Shown piece after piece: positions 14,591-26,569 of a DNA stretch of 64,000 nucleotides (the stretch's first letter is position 1; every line of letters begins with the position of its first letter). Location: assembly GCF_018977255.1 (NCBI RefSeq), contig NW_024704755.1, positions 11,594,001 to 11,658,000 of the forward strand, given 5' to 3'. A program made the translations under genes and the position numbers. Under the pieces are notes generated by a model. It ran no database searches. It saw only the letters and a list, made by a program, of their open reading frames with translations, and had not been told where the DNA came from. The stretch is from Callorhinchus milii (taxonomy: Eukaryota).

Positions 14591-16319
14591 GACATTATGG
14601 TGTGTAAAATTGATTGCTATGTTGGTCCACAAAATACACTCATGATACTTAAAATGTATCCTGTGAAGTGCTTTGAGATGCCCTTCTGATGTGAAATGTG
14701 CTGTAAGAAATGTAAGGAATATTATTATTTATTGTGTAACTTTAAACTATGTAACCATGAGACAGTGTGTAAAGTGTAATTTGACACTGCGTGATCTGTA
14801 AATAAGCAGACCACTTTATTCTTGTTCTGTTTAGAATTATTTATGAACATCCTGCATTATCCGTGTTTAGATTGGATAATCCAGGGTTGTTCATAAATAA
14901 TTCTAAATGGAATTTAATTGAATCCAGTTCTTCTCTTTATTCAAACATGCTTGACATACAATACGTATTTCATATAGCTCAGTTAGTGAAGAGAATGACT
15001 ACATGCCTCTCTCTCTCGATACATTTTCAGTGGACTTAATTTTTTTTCCTACCGGACCCTCAAACTAATCCTTATTTCATTAATCCTATTCAATTATATA
15101 TAGTAGGTAGAGAAAAAAAGTGATGCTCAGAAATGTGCCAATGTAAGTCGTGATAATGGGAATCATCATGTGTTTCATTGTTTTATCACATCCAGCCCAC
15201 ATGTGACAAGTACGGTCACTGAGAGGCTGATTATTGAGTTACTTCTAGCCAAACCCAATTTAGAATTCCGCCAGGAAATGTTGGCCTCTATAGTAAAGTC
15301 ATGTTGACCAGCTTCATGTAGCTTAGATGCTTCTCATGTAAGAAACTTAATACTAATAATCCTTACCTTTGACATAGAACCCCTCATGTCAGAAAGATGT
15401 CTCCAAGCACTTTGCAGGATATACTGTAAAGTGGAGTGATTATGTGCGGGCAATAGAAAGACAATTCTGGTATTCTGGAAAAGTTAGACCAAATGCGCAA
15501 AAGGCCCTTCTTAATCCATATCTTTTTTGTGGTCTTGTGATCAAGATTGTCTCTGCTCTCAGCAAGCATTGCCCTGCGCATCATTTATATTGCATCAGTA
15601 CTTTAACTTCCAATACTTAGTATTGAATGGAAAATGAGAGAGGTTTTCTTGCTTATCACATACCTCCAGAAGTGCAATGACTAGAGGTATCCACTCTCAG
15701 GTTAACCTTTGAATAATGCAATATTCAGCTATTTTGCTCACCAGTTCGATTCAAGATTCCGCATTATTCAGTATTCAATATTATTCATCAGTTTTGTTAT
15801 ACTGTCAGCATTGAAACTTTCAGCTAAAAGTTCTCTTAATAAGCTTTGTTGTGCATGAAGAAATGTAACACTTTCGCCCCTTAATCTATTAAAAAATCAA
15901 TCCGTTTATTATATATTTATGCAAATGCACAGGTAAGCCATGAGCAGAAATGAAGCATACCCAGAAAATTGATCTTGTGGTCTTAGCCTTATGACCACTG
16001 TTTTGAAACTTAAGAATCATGAAAAATGCTTAAATTCTTTCTTAATTTGAAAGCCTCATATTCCCAATTCTTAAAAATAAAGCGATTTTCAAATTAAGAC
16101 TGAATTGAATTTACTAAAATAATCTTAAGAGTCAAGATCATGGGAAATTTCAGCCTCTGATCTGTCCCTCTATCTGCTGGTCACAATCATAACATTCCTC
16201 TCATTTTTGTAACCAGCTCTCAGTAAATGCTGAAGAGATTTGGCCTCACCCCACACGCCAGAAACATCTTGCCCGCTTACAAAGATGAACATTCCTCCTG
16301 CACAGCAGTTGTTGTTATA

Positions 16320-16690
16320 GGTGTCAGCCTGGCTCAAACGATAGCACACTCTCTCTCTTCTGAGTTAGAAGGTTGTCGCTAAAGTCTCATATCAGGACTT
16401 GAGTTCACAGTCTACGTTGACACTCCAGTGCAGTGCTGGGGGAGCTGGATCTTAAGCCAAGGACTTGTCTGCCTGATCAGGTGGATGTTAAAGATCCTTT
16501 GGCACCATTGGAAAAGAGAAGGGAGGTTTTTTCCTGGTGTCTTGGCTAGATAATTATTCATTACCTCCGGGTTGTTCGCAGGATCTCGTTGTGTCCACAG
16601 TGGCTGCTGTATTTGCCTATGAAAAATAGTCACTACACATGATACTCATTATTGGAAAGCACTTTGAATCATTTCAATGTTATAGAAACT
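16320..16690 (+). mobile_element. Old Deu-domain SINE
   Basis: GGTGTCAGCCTGGCTCA head; GTCTGCCTGATCAGGTGGATGTTAAAGATCC core. Confidence 0.65.
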
Positions 16691-17784
16691 ATCAAACTAT
16701 GGCTTTTGTTCTTTCAAATCTTCTTTTAAAGTAAAAGAAGCACCAGCAGAATATTCAGGACATGAAGTTGTGTTTTGAGAAAGAATGAACTTGTTTTCCG
16801 GTGACACCTTTTCACGTTGAAACATCTCAAAGTGCTTTTCAGAAATCACTGTCAAGATTAGTGACTGTTTTGTGGCGAGAAGCATCCTTCAGTTTGCGCA
16901 CAGCACAGTCGTGTGGGTGAATAGCAATTTTAAATGGAGGACTGCTGCCGGTAAAAACCAGAGTGATCGCACCCTTATTGTTCATTTCCAGAAAACCTTC
17001 ATACCTGGATGGATGTGTTACGTAGGTGTGCCTTTGACCACAGCAGAGTTATTTAACCGTGGGAAAGATAGATCTGTTCAGAGCATGTTGAAGTTTCAGA
17101 GCAGCTTCACCTGGAAGCAGGGCATTTACTTTGTGAGGTGGATTCCACAGCAACTGGCATTAAAAACAAGCAGCTGCGCATGCGTCAATAGAATCGCATG
17201 CAGTTTGACAGACCTGCTGTTAGGTTAATGGAACATTACACCCACGTTTTGACTGTGGGGGAATCATTAAAGTGTGCACAGAGAGGCAGGTGAACACAGG
17301 GAGATGGTTGAGGGGTGTACAATGCACAAATATATAAAGATAAAGAAATACAGCAAGACTCGTCTGTTTCTGGATTGTATAAGAGATGCCTCAATTGACC
17401 AGTATATAACTATAACTGATCCTTACAGACCAGCATGGTCCCAGTTCAGATACCCGGGCTATAAAAATAAATAAATGATCCTTCTATTGGATAGGGCGCC
17501 TTATGCGTCGGTAGGACATCTCAAAGTGCTTCACAGGATTTACTGTAAAGTGTAGAGGTCAGCCAAGTCAGTTGACCTCAGACAGGAGCCTAATTCACTA
17601 AACATTAGGGAGAGAAAACAAATCAGCCAAGGTTTGGACTTCTGTCATTACCCAGTCATCCCCAATGGAAATGTATGAGTGTGTGAACACTAGAGGAGGC
17701 TAATATTGTGTCCAGTTGAATAGTCTCCAAACTGTTTAGTCTCACAGGCGCAGAATGGCAGCTTGTATGAGGTGCCTGGACATT

Positions 17785-18300
17785 TAGCAACAACAACAAC
17801 AACTTGCATTTGCATAGCACCTTTCACCGAGGGAAGTGTCTCGGAGTGTTTCATTTTACATCACAGAAAGAGGGTATGAGAGAGGAAGGTGAGCGTAGGG
17901 AGAAGGGGGGATATAGTGTGCAAAGTAATACAATAAAGATACAGGCTAGAGAGCTCCCAATTGTCAAGTGGACTAGAGAGTGTTCAAATCAGGCTGACAG
18001 TGAGGAGGTGAGGTAGAGGGGTAGAGAAAGATGATGCCAGATGTTAGGAGCATGGGGAATGAAGAGTCAGACATCAATGGTGATGCAGAGGAGGCGGGTG
18101 ATGCACAGCAGACCTATGTTAGTTGAGTGGAGAGGGTGAGCAGAGCAGTGGGGTTTGAGAAGATTAGAGAGATTACAGAAGTACTAGGGAGTGAAGGTAT
18201 TTTTATAGGTGAGGGTGAGAACCTTGGAGTTGATATGTTGGGAGCCAGGGGCCAGTGGAGCGTGATGAGGACTGGGGTAATGGGCATGTGGAAGTTGGTG
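17785..18300 (-). mobile_element. Old L2 LINE 3' fragment
   Basis: (TTG)n tail at 17788; translates to ITPVLITLHWP, similar to L2 ITPVLARLHWLP. Confidence 0.65.
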
Positions 18301-18914
18301 CAGATAGAGCCAGTCCCACCTAAAAGAAGGGCAACCTCCATTAACTGTGGTCATGTNAAAAACCTTAAACCTCATTACTCTCATCCTCAGGAGCTGAAAG
18401 AAGCTGCACAGTGACGAGGGGCAGCAGTTGTGATCTCCCCGGCTCAGCATCAAGCTCCGTCACTGTGGAGGGCTCGAGATGCTACAGCGAGTGAAGGGTC
18501 CTGTATAAATGCAAGCTGTTGTTGCTGTAAATACAATGAAGATAGTTACGCTATCAAAAGCCCTGAAATGTGGTTTAACATCTCATCCGAAGCACACCAC
18601 CTCAAACAATGAAGCATATCCTCAGCACTGTGTTTGAGTATCAGCCTAGACTATATAAGTTCCAAGTCCCGACATGGATCTTGAACTCTGACTCAGAAGT
18701 GAGAGTGCAACCAACTAAGCAAGAATGACACAAAGCCTTAACTTTGAGAAAAAAAAGCCTTAACAGTTCTTTGTAGTCCTTAAAAGGAACAAGCTCCAAA
18801 TGAAACCTGAATTCAACAACTGTTCACAATTCTGCACCATTGTGACGTTTTAAGACAAATAGCCTTAAAGGCTTAGGCTAGGTGGAATTTCAGTCCTCGA
18901 ATATGTAAAAACCA

Positions 18915-19240
18915 TGCGGAGTCCTGTAGCTCAGTGGTTAGAGCACTCGCCTTGCAAGCGAGACACCTGGGTTCAATTCCAGGCAAAGGGCGAAACCTTG
19001 GGCAAGTTTCCTTACTCCACACGCCTAATAGTAATCCCTCCAAAACAAAACAATAATAAATTAGTCATTTTCAATCCACGACTGTTTGTGGGACACTGCT
19101 GTGCGCAATTGACTGCCGCGTTTCACCCACAAATATACAGTCAGTTCACTTTACAGCATATTCTGTGAAGCCCTTTGAGACGTCGAGAAGACGTGAAAAG
19201 CTCTATATCAAATGCAAGGATTATTATAATTATATTATTA
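18915..19240 (+). mobile_element. Young tRNA-derived SINE, full length
   Basis: GGAGTCCTGTAGCTCAGTGGTTAGAGCAC...GGGTTCAATTCC, same core and (ATT)n tail. Confidence 0.88.
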
Positions 19241-22200
19241 TCTGTCTGGTCATACAGGAATGCACCTGAGCTATAGGACAATAACAACAACATTTACGTC
19301 AACTGACACTGGTCCCAATGCCAATGATTCACAGCTTCAGCTGTTAACGTGCATGACCTTAGTGACCTTACTCTCATTACCTGGCTCTCCTCTCAGGTGT
19401 GGAGAAAATCTCTGACAAGTCTTGTGTCATGTGATGCCGGCTCATAACTCTGATAATGTAAGAGTGTTTTGAAGAGACAGGGCAGGGAGAGAGAGAGAGA
19501 GATCATGGCTCAGTGGATATATCAAGCGAGGTAACCTTAGTTACCTTATCTAATCAACCCATATGCAAAGCTAATGCGAGGTTTGGCCACAGAAGTACAA
19601 TTTGAACTGAATGCTTAAAACACAGATGTTTGACGATGGAATATTTTTCATACAAACATTGTTAAAATCCTCAACAACCACATCAAAATGTTTACTGATG
19701 ATAAGCATATAATGTAGTGCTGTGTGGTATATTAGTCAGGTAAGGGATAGTTAGTGGAATTACAATGGCAAGAACAGGTAGAAAGTAGTGCATTTTAACA
19801 AAAAGAAACAGGAAAAGAATCGGGAAAATAAAATAAAAGGATTTAAGTCACAATTAAGTCATCTACAGAAAGCACACTTCACAATAAAATCCTGTGAGGA
19901 CATTGAGATGTAATAAGGCGTTATATTAAATGTAAGGATTATTATTATTATGGGATGATTATAGTCAATGCTTGTAAGATGTTTTATTTTTATTTTAAAT
20001 GATTTTGGTTTGTTTTTGAGAGTCAGGTTAATATTTAAGTAACACTTGGTGCTTGAGTGATTTTGTTACTGTTGTATTGATAGTTTTTCAATGTTGAGTG
20101 CGTGAGTGGAAAGGTACAGAACCCTTGGGCACAAAGAAGCACCGCAGACCTTCGGGTGACGTAAGAGTTAATTACAAAATAATTTTAGCAAAATAATTTT
20201 TTAGTATGTTTATAAATCAACCTGAGATTCTATTATGCGCCATTTGTAAACCATTTGTAAACTGCAGGTGCACAGAGGAAATGACACAAGCCCATAATTA
20301 TGTACTAATTCAATCAATTAAATCAATAGGATTGATTAATAATAAATTATTTTCTTTAATTGTTATAACAATAATAATAATAATAATAATAATTGTTGCG
20401 TCTTGATATAGCCTTATCACCTTGTCTCAAAGTGCTTTACGGACTTTTCTGTAAGGTGTAGTAGCTGTGTATTTTGTTGACAAACCCAGCAGCCAATTTG
20501 CTCACAGCAATGTCCCACAAACAGCTGTGAAGTGAATGATTATAATTAAGTGCACTTGAAATTCCTTCTGTACATCACGGACACCTCTGTTCTTATCATT
20601 TTAATTAAGATTTGAAGGTTCCTGCTTTGATCAGCTCAGGAAAGCAGTTTAGATAATATTAAATTAGTTACAAAAAAGCGTGGCACAATAAATTGGAAGA
20701 CTTTCTGCAGTAGTTAATGATGTTGAAATACCAGAATGAATAACACGGGAATCCTCTTGCAATCCTCATTCTTAGGAAGTTATTGCCCTCTTCTGGTGAC
20801 CAGGGAACTACCTTCTGGATATGGCACTATGGTGGAAACATTTACGAAACAGCTTAAAAATAACAATAATAATAATCCTTGCATTTGATATAACTTATCA
20901 CGTCTTCGAGATGTCTCAAACACTTAATACTGTAATGGGGATAGAGTGAGCAGGCTGGAAGGATGAGATCATATAATCTTGACAAATTCCTTACACTCAG
21001 AAATGCTAAATTGATAGAGTAAATCTAGATGCAGGTGGAATTTCTATCTTAAACTCAACTCTAAAAATAGTTCCGTTGATAAATTTACATAAAAGTGCTT
21101 GAGGTAGTGTAAATCCATCAAACAGTTCTATTCCATGTGCTCAAAGCTATCAATGTTATTCATTCAGTGCTTCAAAACATTATCCTACATGAAGGTTGCT
21201 ATATAAATGCAAGTTGTTGTGGTTTTTGCAGTAGATTTTATGCAGATTTCCTGAAGGAATCAGGGTTATATCAGGTTCAGGAGAAGAATCAGGAACAAAT
21301 ACCCTCTCCTCTTCCCTCTGTGGTGAATTATAGTTCCTCAGCTGCTGTGTGGTTGAGATCAGCCAATTCAGCACAGACCAAGAATCGAACCCGAGCCCTT
21401 GCTAATCTGAATGGCTCAGTTTCACCCTCGTCAGTGAAATTCCCACCATTAAGAGGAGTAAAGATGTACCGAGGGAGTGCAGGAATTGTATCTAGCAGTA
21501 CATCATTTTGAAGTGTATAGTTTTTAACTGTAGATCATCTGCATCGTATGTGGGTTCCTTGATGCTAAACCTTTGAAATTGAAAAATGATTTATTATCAA
21601 TCACAAGCTGATGACAAGCTCTCAGGCTTCCCTGGGATAGCAATGTGTGTTTCTGATTCATTTCCCTCTGGAATGTTTTACGCAACTACCACATTTTGCC
21701 ACTACAGTTGTTGAGTTTTGTCTTGTCCACTTCTAATGATTTTTTTTTCTCTCATCATCTGGGTGTCTGACACATGCAGAAACCCATCGACAGAAGAGTA
21801 CACGTGTCAGAATGCCTGACATGTATTCGACTGTGAGGCACGACATAGTAAAACTCACTCCACACAAAGTTGTCACTGGGAGTCAATGATTAGTGTTCAG
21901 AGCCGTAAAATTTCACATATTCTTAGCCCGTAAGACCAGTTGTTCTACACTTTCAAAATCTCCAAGAATTGTGGAAAGTTCTTAAGTTCCATCTCAAATT
22001 GGAAACTGGTTTCTCCTTAAAGGGAGTCTGCTCCCAATTTAAGAGAATTTCATAGAATTCTTCAATTTCAAGGGGAAATAAATAGTCTTCCACTGCTAAG
22101 ACTAGGTAGAATTTGTTACCTCAAGAGTGAGAACTTTGTAGATTCTTTGGATTCCAAATTCAATCTACTTATAGTCTGTAAAAGCATTTTGTCCTAAATT

Positions 22201-23039
22201 TGAGACAAATTCCATCTCACTTTGGATGTCAATTTTTTTTGAGAAACCAATGCCCAAATTAATACTGATTTGAAGATTTTTTCCCACAATTCTACGTAAT
22301 CTGAAATATTAAGACAAAAGCACCTTACAGGGTAATACTGGGTCAGATTTTGTGCCTTTCAGTTCTAGCTGAGTGCAAATGTCAGGTTTCAAATAGCACC
22401 ATACAGTAATTCTGATTCATTTCCGTACATTATTATTTCAGATTTCTATTGAAATTATCCTGGCCAACAATCAATCCCCTGATATACTTGATCATTCAAG
22501 CATGGCTGCCTGTAGGACATTGTGTGCACATCTTGGCTGCTGCTTTTGCCTACGTATACAAAGTCGCTACACCTTATAGTAAATCCTGTGAAGCGCTTTG
22601 AGATGTCGCAATGACAAGGCACTAATTTAAATGCAAAAATTATTGTTTCAAAATCAGTGTGATATTATTGGATTGCAAAATCTATTTCTTCATCATTTTC
22701 AATACAGCGCAGCCTTCCTTCCATTTTTGAAATAATTTAAACAAACATTTAAACATGGTTTTGTTCCAAGAACGATTGTAACACTTGTCACAGGAAGGGA
22801 AAGTATTGGGTAATTTTGTGGACAAAATGACGATTATTTGATGGGACCAGAGCGGAGAAAGAAATATCAAACAGTCTTTCGAAGATCATAGGAACATAGA
22901 ATAAAATTAGTTGCAAACTGCAATGAAAACAAAGTTAATTTTGTATCGTTAAAATATCACCATAATGTACCTGTGGTTTATTTGTAACACTTATTATCTA
23001 TATCAATATCAAACATAAATATAGAAATAAAACACCATT

Positions 23040-23495
23040 TGTAACAGCAAGCATCAAACATACAAACATAAAAATAGGAGTACGCCATTCAGCCACTCGA
23101 GCCTGTTCCGCCATTCTATAAGATCATGGCTGATCTGTACCCTCAACTCCAATTATCCGTCCTTGCCCCATTTCCCGTGATATCTTTACCCAACAAATAT
23201 CTATCCACCTCAGCCTTGAAAATGTGAATAGAACCAGCATTCACAACCTTTAAGGGGAGAGAGTTCCAGATTTCCACTAGCCTTTGGGTGAAAATCTACC
23301 TCCTGATTTCACTCCTAAATGGCTGAGCTCTAATTTTAAGATTACGCCCGATTGTTCTGGATTTCCCCACCAGAGGAAATAGTTTCTCTGTATCTACCCT
23401 ATCATATCCCTTTATTATTTTGAAAACTTCAGTCAGATCACCCCTCAAACTTCTAAACTCAAAGGAATAGAGACCAAGTTTACGCAACATGTCCT
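23040..23495 (-). mobile_element. CR1 LINE 3' fragment
   Basis: LGLYSFEFRSLRGDLTEVFKIIKGYDRVDTEKLFPLVGKSRT is the CR1 ORF2 C-terminus; typical 3' UTR GGCTGAATGGC. Confidence 0.85.
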
Positions 23496-23805
23496 TATAA
23501 AAACACTTTTATTATCATCCAAGTTGGTGTTATTTTAACCACAGTGCAGTCAAGAACATATTCAAACCAGCATTTTAAGAGATAAATGTAGCAATATAGT
23601 ACAAGTTACTTGTTATGTCGACAGTATAAAAGTATTATGGTATTGTAAGTAGTAGCAAGTATCCAGTTTCTTCTACTCAGCTAGTTATTGTGAATTTCCT
23701 TTATTGCAACAACAACAATTGTACTGTATGTTTTTCTAAACCTCAGGGCAGTTTCTTTGGCAATAATAATCTTGAACAACTCGTCATTAACAACATACCA
23801 GAGGA

Positions 23806-24840
23806 TTACATATTGCTCTGGGATTCCAGATCATTAACCAGGGAGCCACTTTCCTTTTGCAGCATATTAATGTCTTCTTTGGTGGATTCTTCTTTTGTGT
23901 TTTCGATCATTTGCTCAAACACCTTTGCCAGCTTTGAAGATAGAAAGCCTTGTCGAAAATTGCGAGCAGCAAATGCATAGAGTAAGGGGTTAATGCTGCT
24001 GCTAATGAATGCCAAAGCTCCTGAAAGATATGATCCAGTGTCAGAAATATGCTTGAATCGCGTTGATACTTCCGTCGTTTCTATCAGGATGGAAGCGATT
24101 TCAAGCAGGTTGAACAAATGGTAAGGAAACCAGCAAACAACAAAAACTATCACAATCCTTGCAATCAGCATTGATGTCTGATTTTTCTTCTTATAAGTCA
24201 TTTGCTTTACCCTTTTTCCAACACACATGTAGCACACCGTGAGCACTGTAAACGGAATTGCAAATCCAACCGAAGTCTCCAATCCAAGGCATATAATCTG
24301 CAGTGTGTCGGACTCGTAGAGATGAAGCACACATTGGAGGTGATCGCCGGTAACTTCTACTTTGTTACTGAACAAAGCAGGAAGAGCCAGGAGTAAAGTT
24401 AATGACCACACAACCACCAATACTTTGGCAACAAAAGCATTCTTCCTCCACTTTTGTGAGGCAAATGGGTAGATTACAGCCATGAAACGGTCAATGCTCA
24501 TCAGTGTAATGAAGAACACGCTGCCGTACAAGTTGCAATAAATCAAGACGAGCAGAATTCTACACAAAGCTTCTCCGAAGATCCAGCCATTTGAGATTGC
24601 ATAGATCCACAGGGGCAATGTGATCAGAACAACGGAATCAGCTATTGCTAGGTTGAGGATCAGCAAGGCAGTGGGAGACCGTTGTTTTATCTTCCACACA
24701 ATGACCCAGATAACTAGTAAGTTCCCCGGAACTCCAATAATGTAGGTCAGTCCAAGGATGACGCTGGCAACTATATTTTGAATTTCATCCATTGAGTCAT
24801 ACGTTCCATTGCTGCTGAGAGATTCATTAACCGGCCCCAT
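23806..24840 (-). CDS. LTB4R: Leukotriene B4 receptor-like (BLT family) class A GPCR, intronless, 344 aa, intact
   Basis: Seven hydrophobic segments with GVPGN (TM1), LNLAIAD (TM2), ECL1 WIFG, C3.25 (LCRI), SIDRF (TM3), ECL2 Cys (LQCV), CWFPYH (TM6), NPLLY (TM7). BLT-like hallmarks: KQRSPTALLILNLA, PFASQKWR, ETSVGFAIPF, LAFISSSINP. Family is clear; 1:1 orthology to BLT1 or BLT2 is not established. Confidence 0.9.
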   Translation of the reverse strand: MGPVNESLSSNGTYDSMDEIQNIVASVILGLTYIIGVPGNLLVIWVIVWKIKQRSPTALLILNLAIADSVVLITLPLWIYAISNGWIFGEALCRILLVLIYCNLYGSVFFITLMSIDRFMAVIYPFASQKWRKNAFVAKVLVVVWSLTLLLALPALFSNKVEVTGDHLQCVLHLYESDTLQIICLGLETSVGFAIPFTVLTVCYMCVGKRVKQMTYKKKNQTSMLIARIVIVFVVCWFPYHLFNLLEIASILIETTEVSTRFKHISDTGSYLSGALAFISSSINPLLYAFAARNFRQGFLSSKLAKVFEQMIENTKEESTKEDINMLQKESGSLVNDLESQSNM

Positions 24841-24879
24841 CTTGAGTGCTAATGAACTTGGCTGAAGAACTGGGATTTA

Positions 24880-24906
24880 CTTTATGCAACTTCAAGTTCC
24901 TCATTG
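24880..24906 (-). promoter_or_regulatory. Candidate myeloid promoter module (PU.1/ETS + C/EBP) upstream of the 23.8 kb receptor
   Basis: Minus strand AATGAGGAACTT and TTGCATAA lie ~40-65 bp upstream of the ATG. Motif match only. Confidence 0.4.
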
Positions 24907-25365
24907 AAACAAAATCATTTTACCCATAAATGGAGAGTCACTCTTTTTGTGCACCACCCTTGTGCTGTTGCAACATACCAATTTTAGCCCAACACACAAA
25001 TCACGTGGACTGAATGCTTCAATTTTGTAGTACATCCCATAGAGCTACTGACTAAAGTAATGCGAAAACACGGCACAGCCCAGCGAGGCAGTAAGAGGTG
25101 CAGGACATTGGGCTCGCTTAAGTACAGTGAATTCCTAATAACTCGACCCTGGCTTAGCTTGTCAGCACCACTTAAGTCATCATGCTGTCAATATCCCGGC
25201 TGGATTCATTTATATAGTTATGCATATGCCTAACTCGCCACTCCAGATAACTCGTCACTGAGCCCTTTTCTTTTGGAGTGATAAGTTATCAGGAGTTTAC
25301 TGCACGTTCACAACATTCTTCTGATACCCAATGACTCAAGTGCATGTTTTAAACAAGTTTAACTC

Positions 25366-25784
25366 TAATAATAATAATCCTTGCATTTGATGTAGCCCCT
25401 GATCACGTCGTTGAGACATCTCAAAATGCTTCATAGAATATATTGTAAAGTGGATTGACTGTATTTTGTGAGTGAAACACAGCAGCCAATTGTGCATAGC
25501 AGCGCCCACAAACAGTCGTGGCTTGGGTGACCAAATTATTATTTTTGGGGTGCACAAATTATTATCCCCGGAAAGCAATCCGCAAATCTGCCAATCCACT
25601 AACAACCGGGTTCCTACTTACTGCTAGGTAAACAGAGGCGTATGGAGTAAGGAAGCTTGCCTACGATTTTGTCGTGCGTGGGAATCGAACCCGGGTTCTC
25701 TCACTCCCATTCAATGTGGAGTCCCGAAGTGGTTAGTGGTTAGCGCGCTCTCTAACCATTACAATAAGGGACTCCACATTGAAT
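25366..25784 (-). mobile_element. tRNA-derived SINE, longer subfamily, with a fold-back in its head
   Basis: B box GGTTCGATTCCC; extra middle segment (CTAGCAGTAAGTAGGAAC) shared with 57045-57393; same tail. Confidence 0.8.
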
Positions 25785-25906
25785 TGAAAGATTGAAAGAT
25801 AGACTCATCTCACCTTCAAGTAAAATTGCTATGTTGTAACAGCATTTAAAAAGAATGACAACTATAACAATAACATCGGGAGGATGTCCCAAGGGGTGAA
25901 TGAGAT

Positions 25907-26043
25907 AATGATTGAGTTGCAATGAGGAACTTGAAATTGGATAACGTATATCTCAGTTCTTTAGTCCAGTTCTTAGGCACTCAGAAGGCGGCCAGTTAAT
26001 TAATCTCTCGGCACCAATGGGACGTATCGATGGATGGATGAAT
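25907..26043 (+). pseudogene. Inverted, diverged relic of the upstream region and first ~20 codons of the 23.8 kb receptor
   Basis: CAATGAGGAACTTGAAATTGGATAA...GGCACTCAGAAGGCGGCCAGTTAATTAATCTCTCGGCACCAATGGGACGTAT aligns with the reverse complement of ~24783-24920; the ATG is lost. Confidence 0.75.
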
Positions 26044-26569
26044 CGAATACACGTGAAAGGTTTGACAGATGCACCTTCATGGGGGAAAAAAAGTGATTGT
26101 AATCACAAAGTTATTGTATAGAGTAATTAGTGCATTGAGTTTGAACAGGGCTGAGTAGAGCTGAAATAACAGAAAAAAATAATAATAGGAAAGACAGTTA
26201 ATTGTCTATTTAAAATGAAAGGAACTGATTAACAAATGCCATAGCAATGCAGATAAAAAGGTTTGTGCTCTATGCTAATTTAGGCATCTGGGGAAAGCAC
26301 CTGAAACTTAGCAAATGTCTTTAACTGAGAGAGCAGACAGAAGCAAACCACGGTTCCCATTCCTGAGCTCTGAAATTTCCAATGGTCTTAGCCTTAAGAT
26401 CACTGTCTTCAAATTTAAGATTGTGCATCATTTTGGAAAATGCTTAAATTTAGTTTTAATAATAATAACCTTTGTATTTGATACAGCACCTTATCATGCC
26501 ATTAAGATAGCTCAAAGTGCTTCACAGACTATATTGTAAAGTGGATTGACCATGTATTTTGCGGGCGAA

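Noticed and set aside
17172-17192. NRF1-like TGCGCATGCG motif
   Set aside because: Imperfect single motif with no CpG island or other promoter support.
18357-18357. Single N base
   Set aside because: Assembly ambiguity, not a biological feature.
18918-18995. tRNA-like sequence (also at 8160-8230, 9218-9270, 28840-28909, 49030-49096)
   Set aside because: These are SINE heads continuous with SINE core and tail, without a proper acceptor stem; not tRNA genes.
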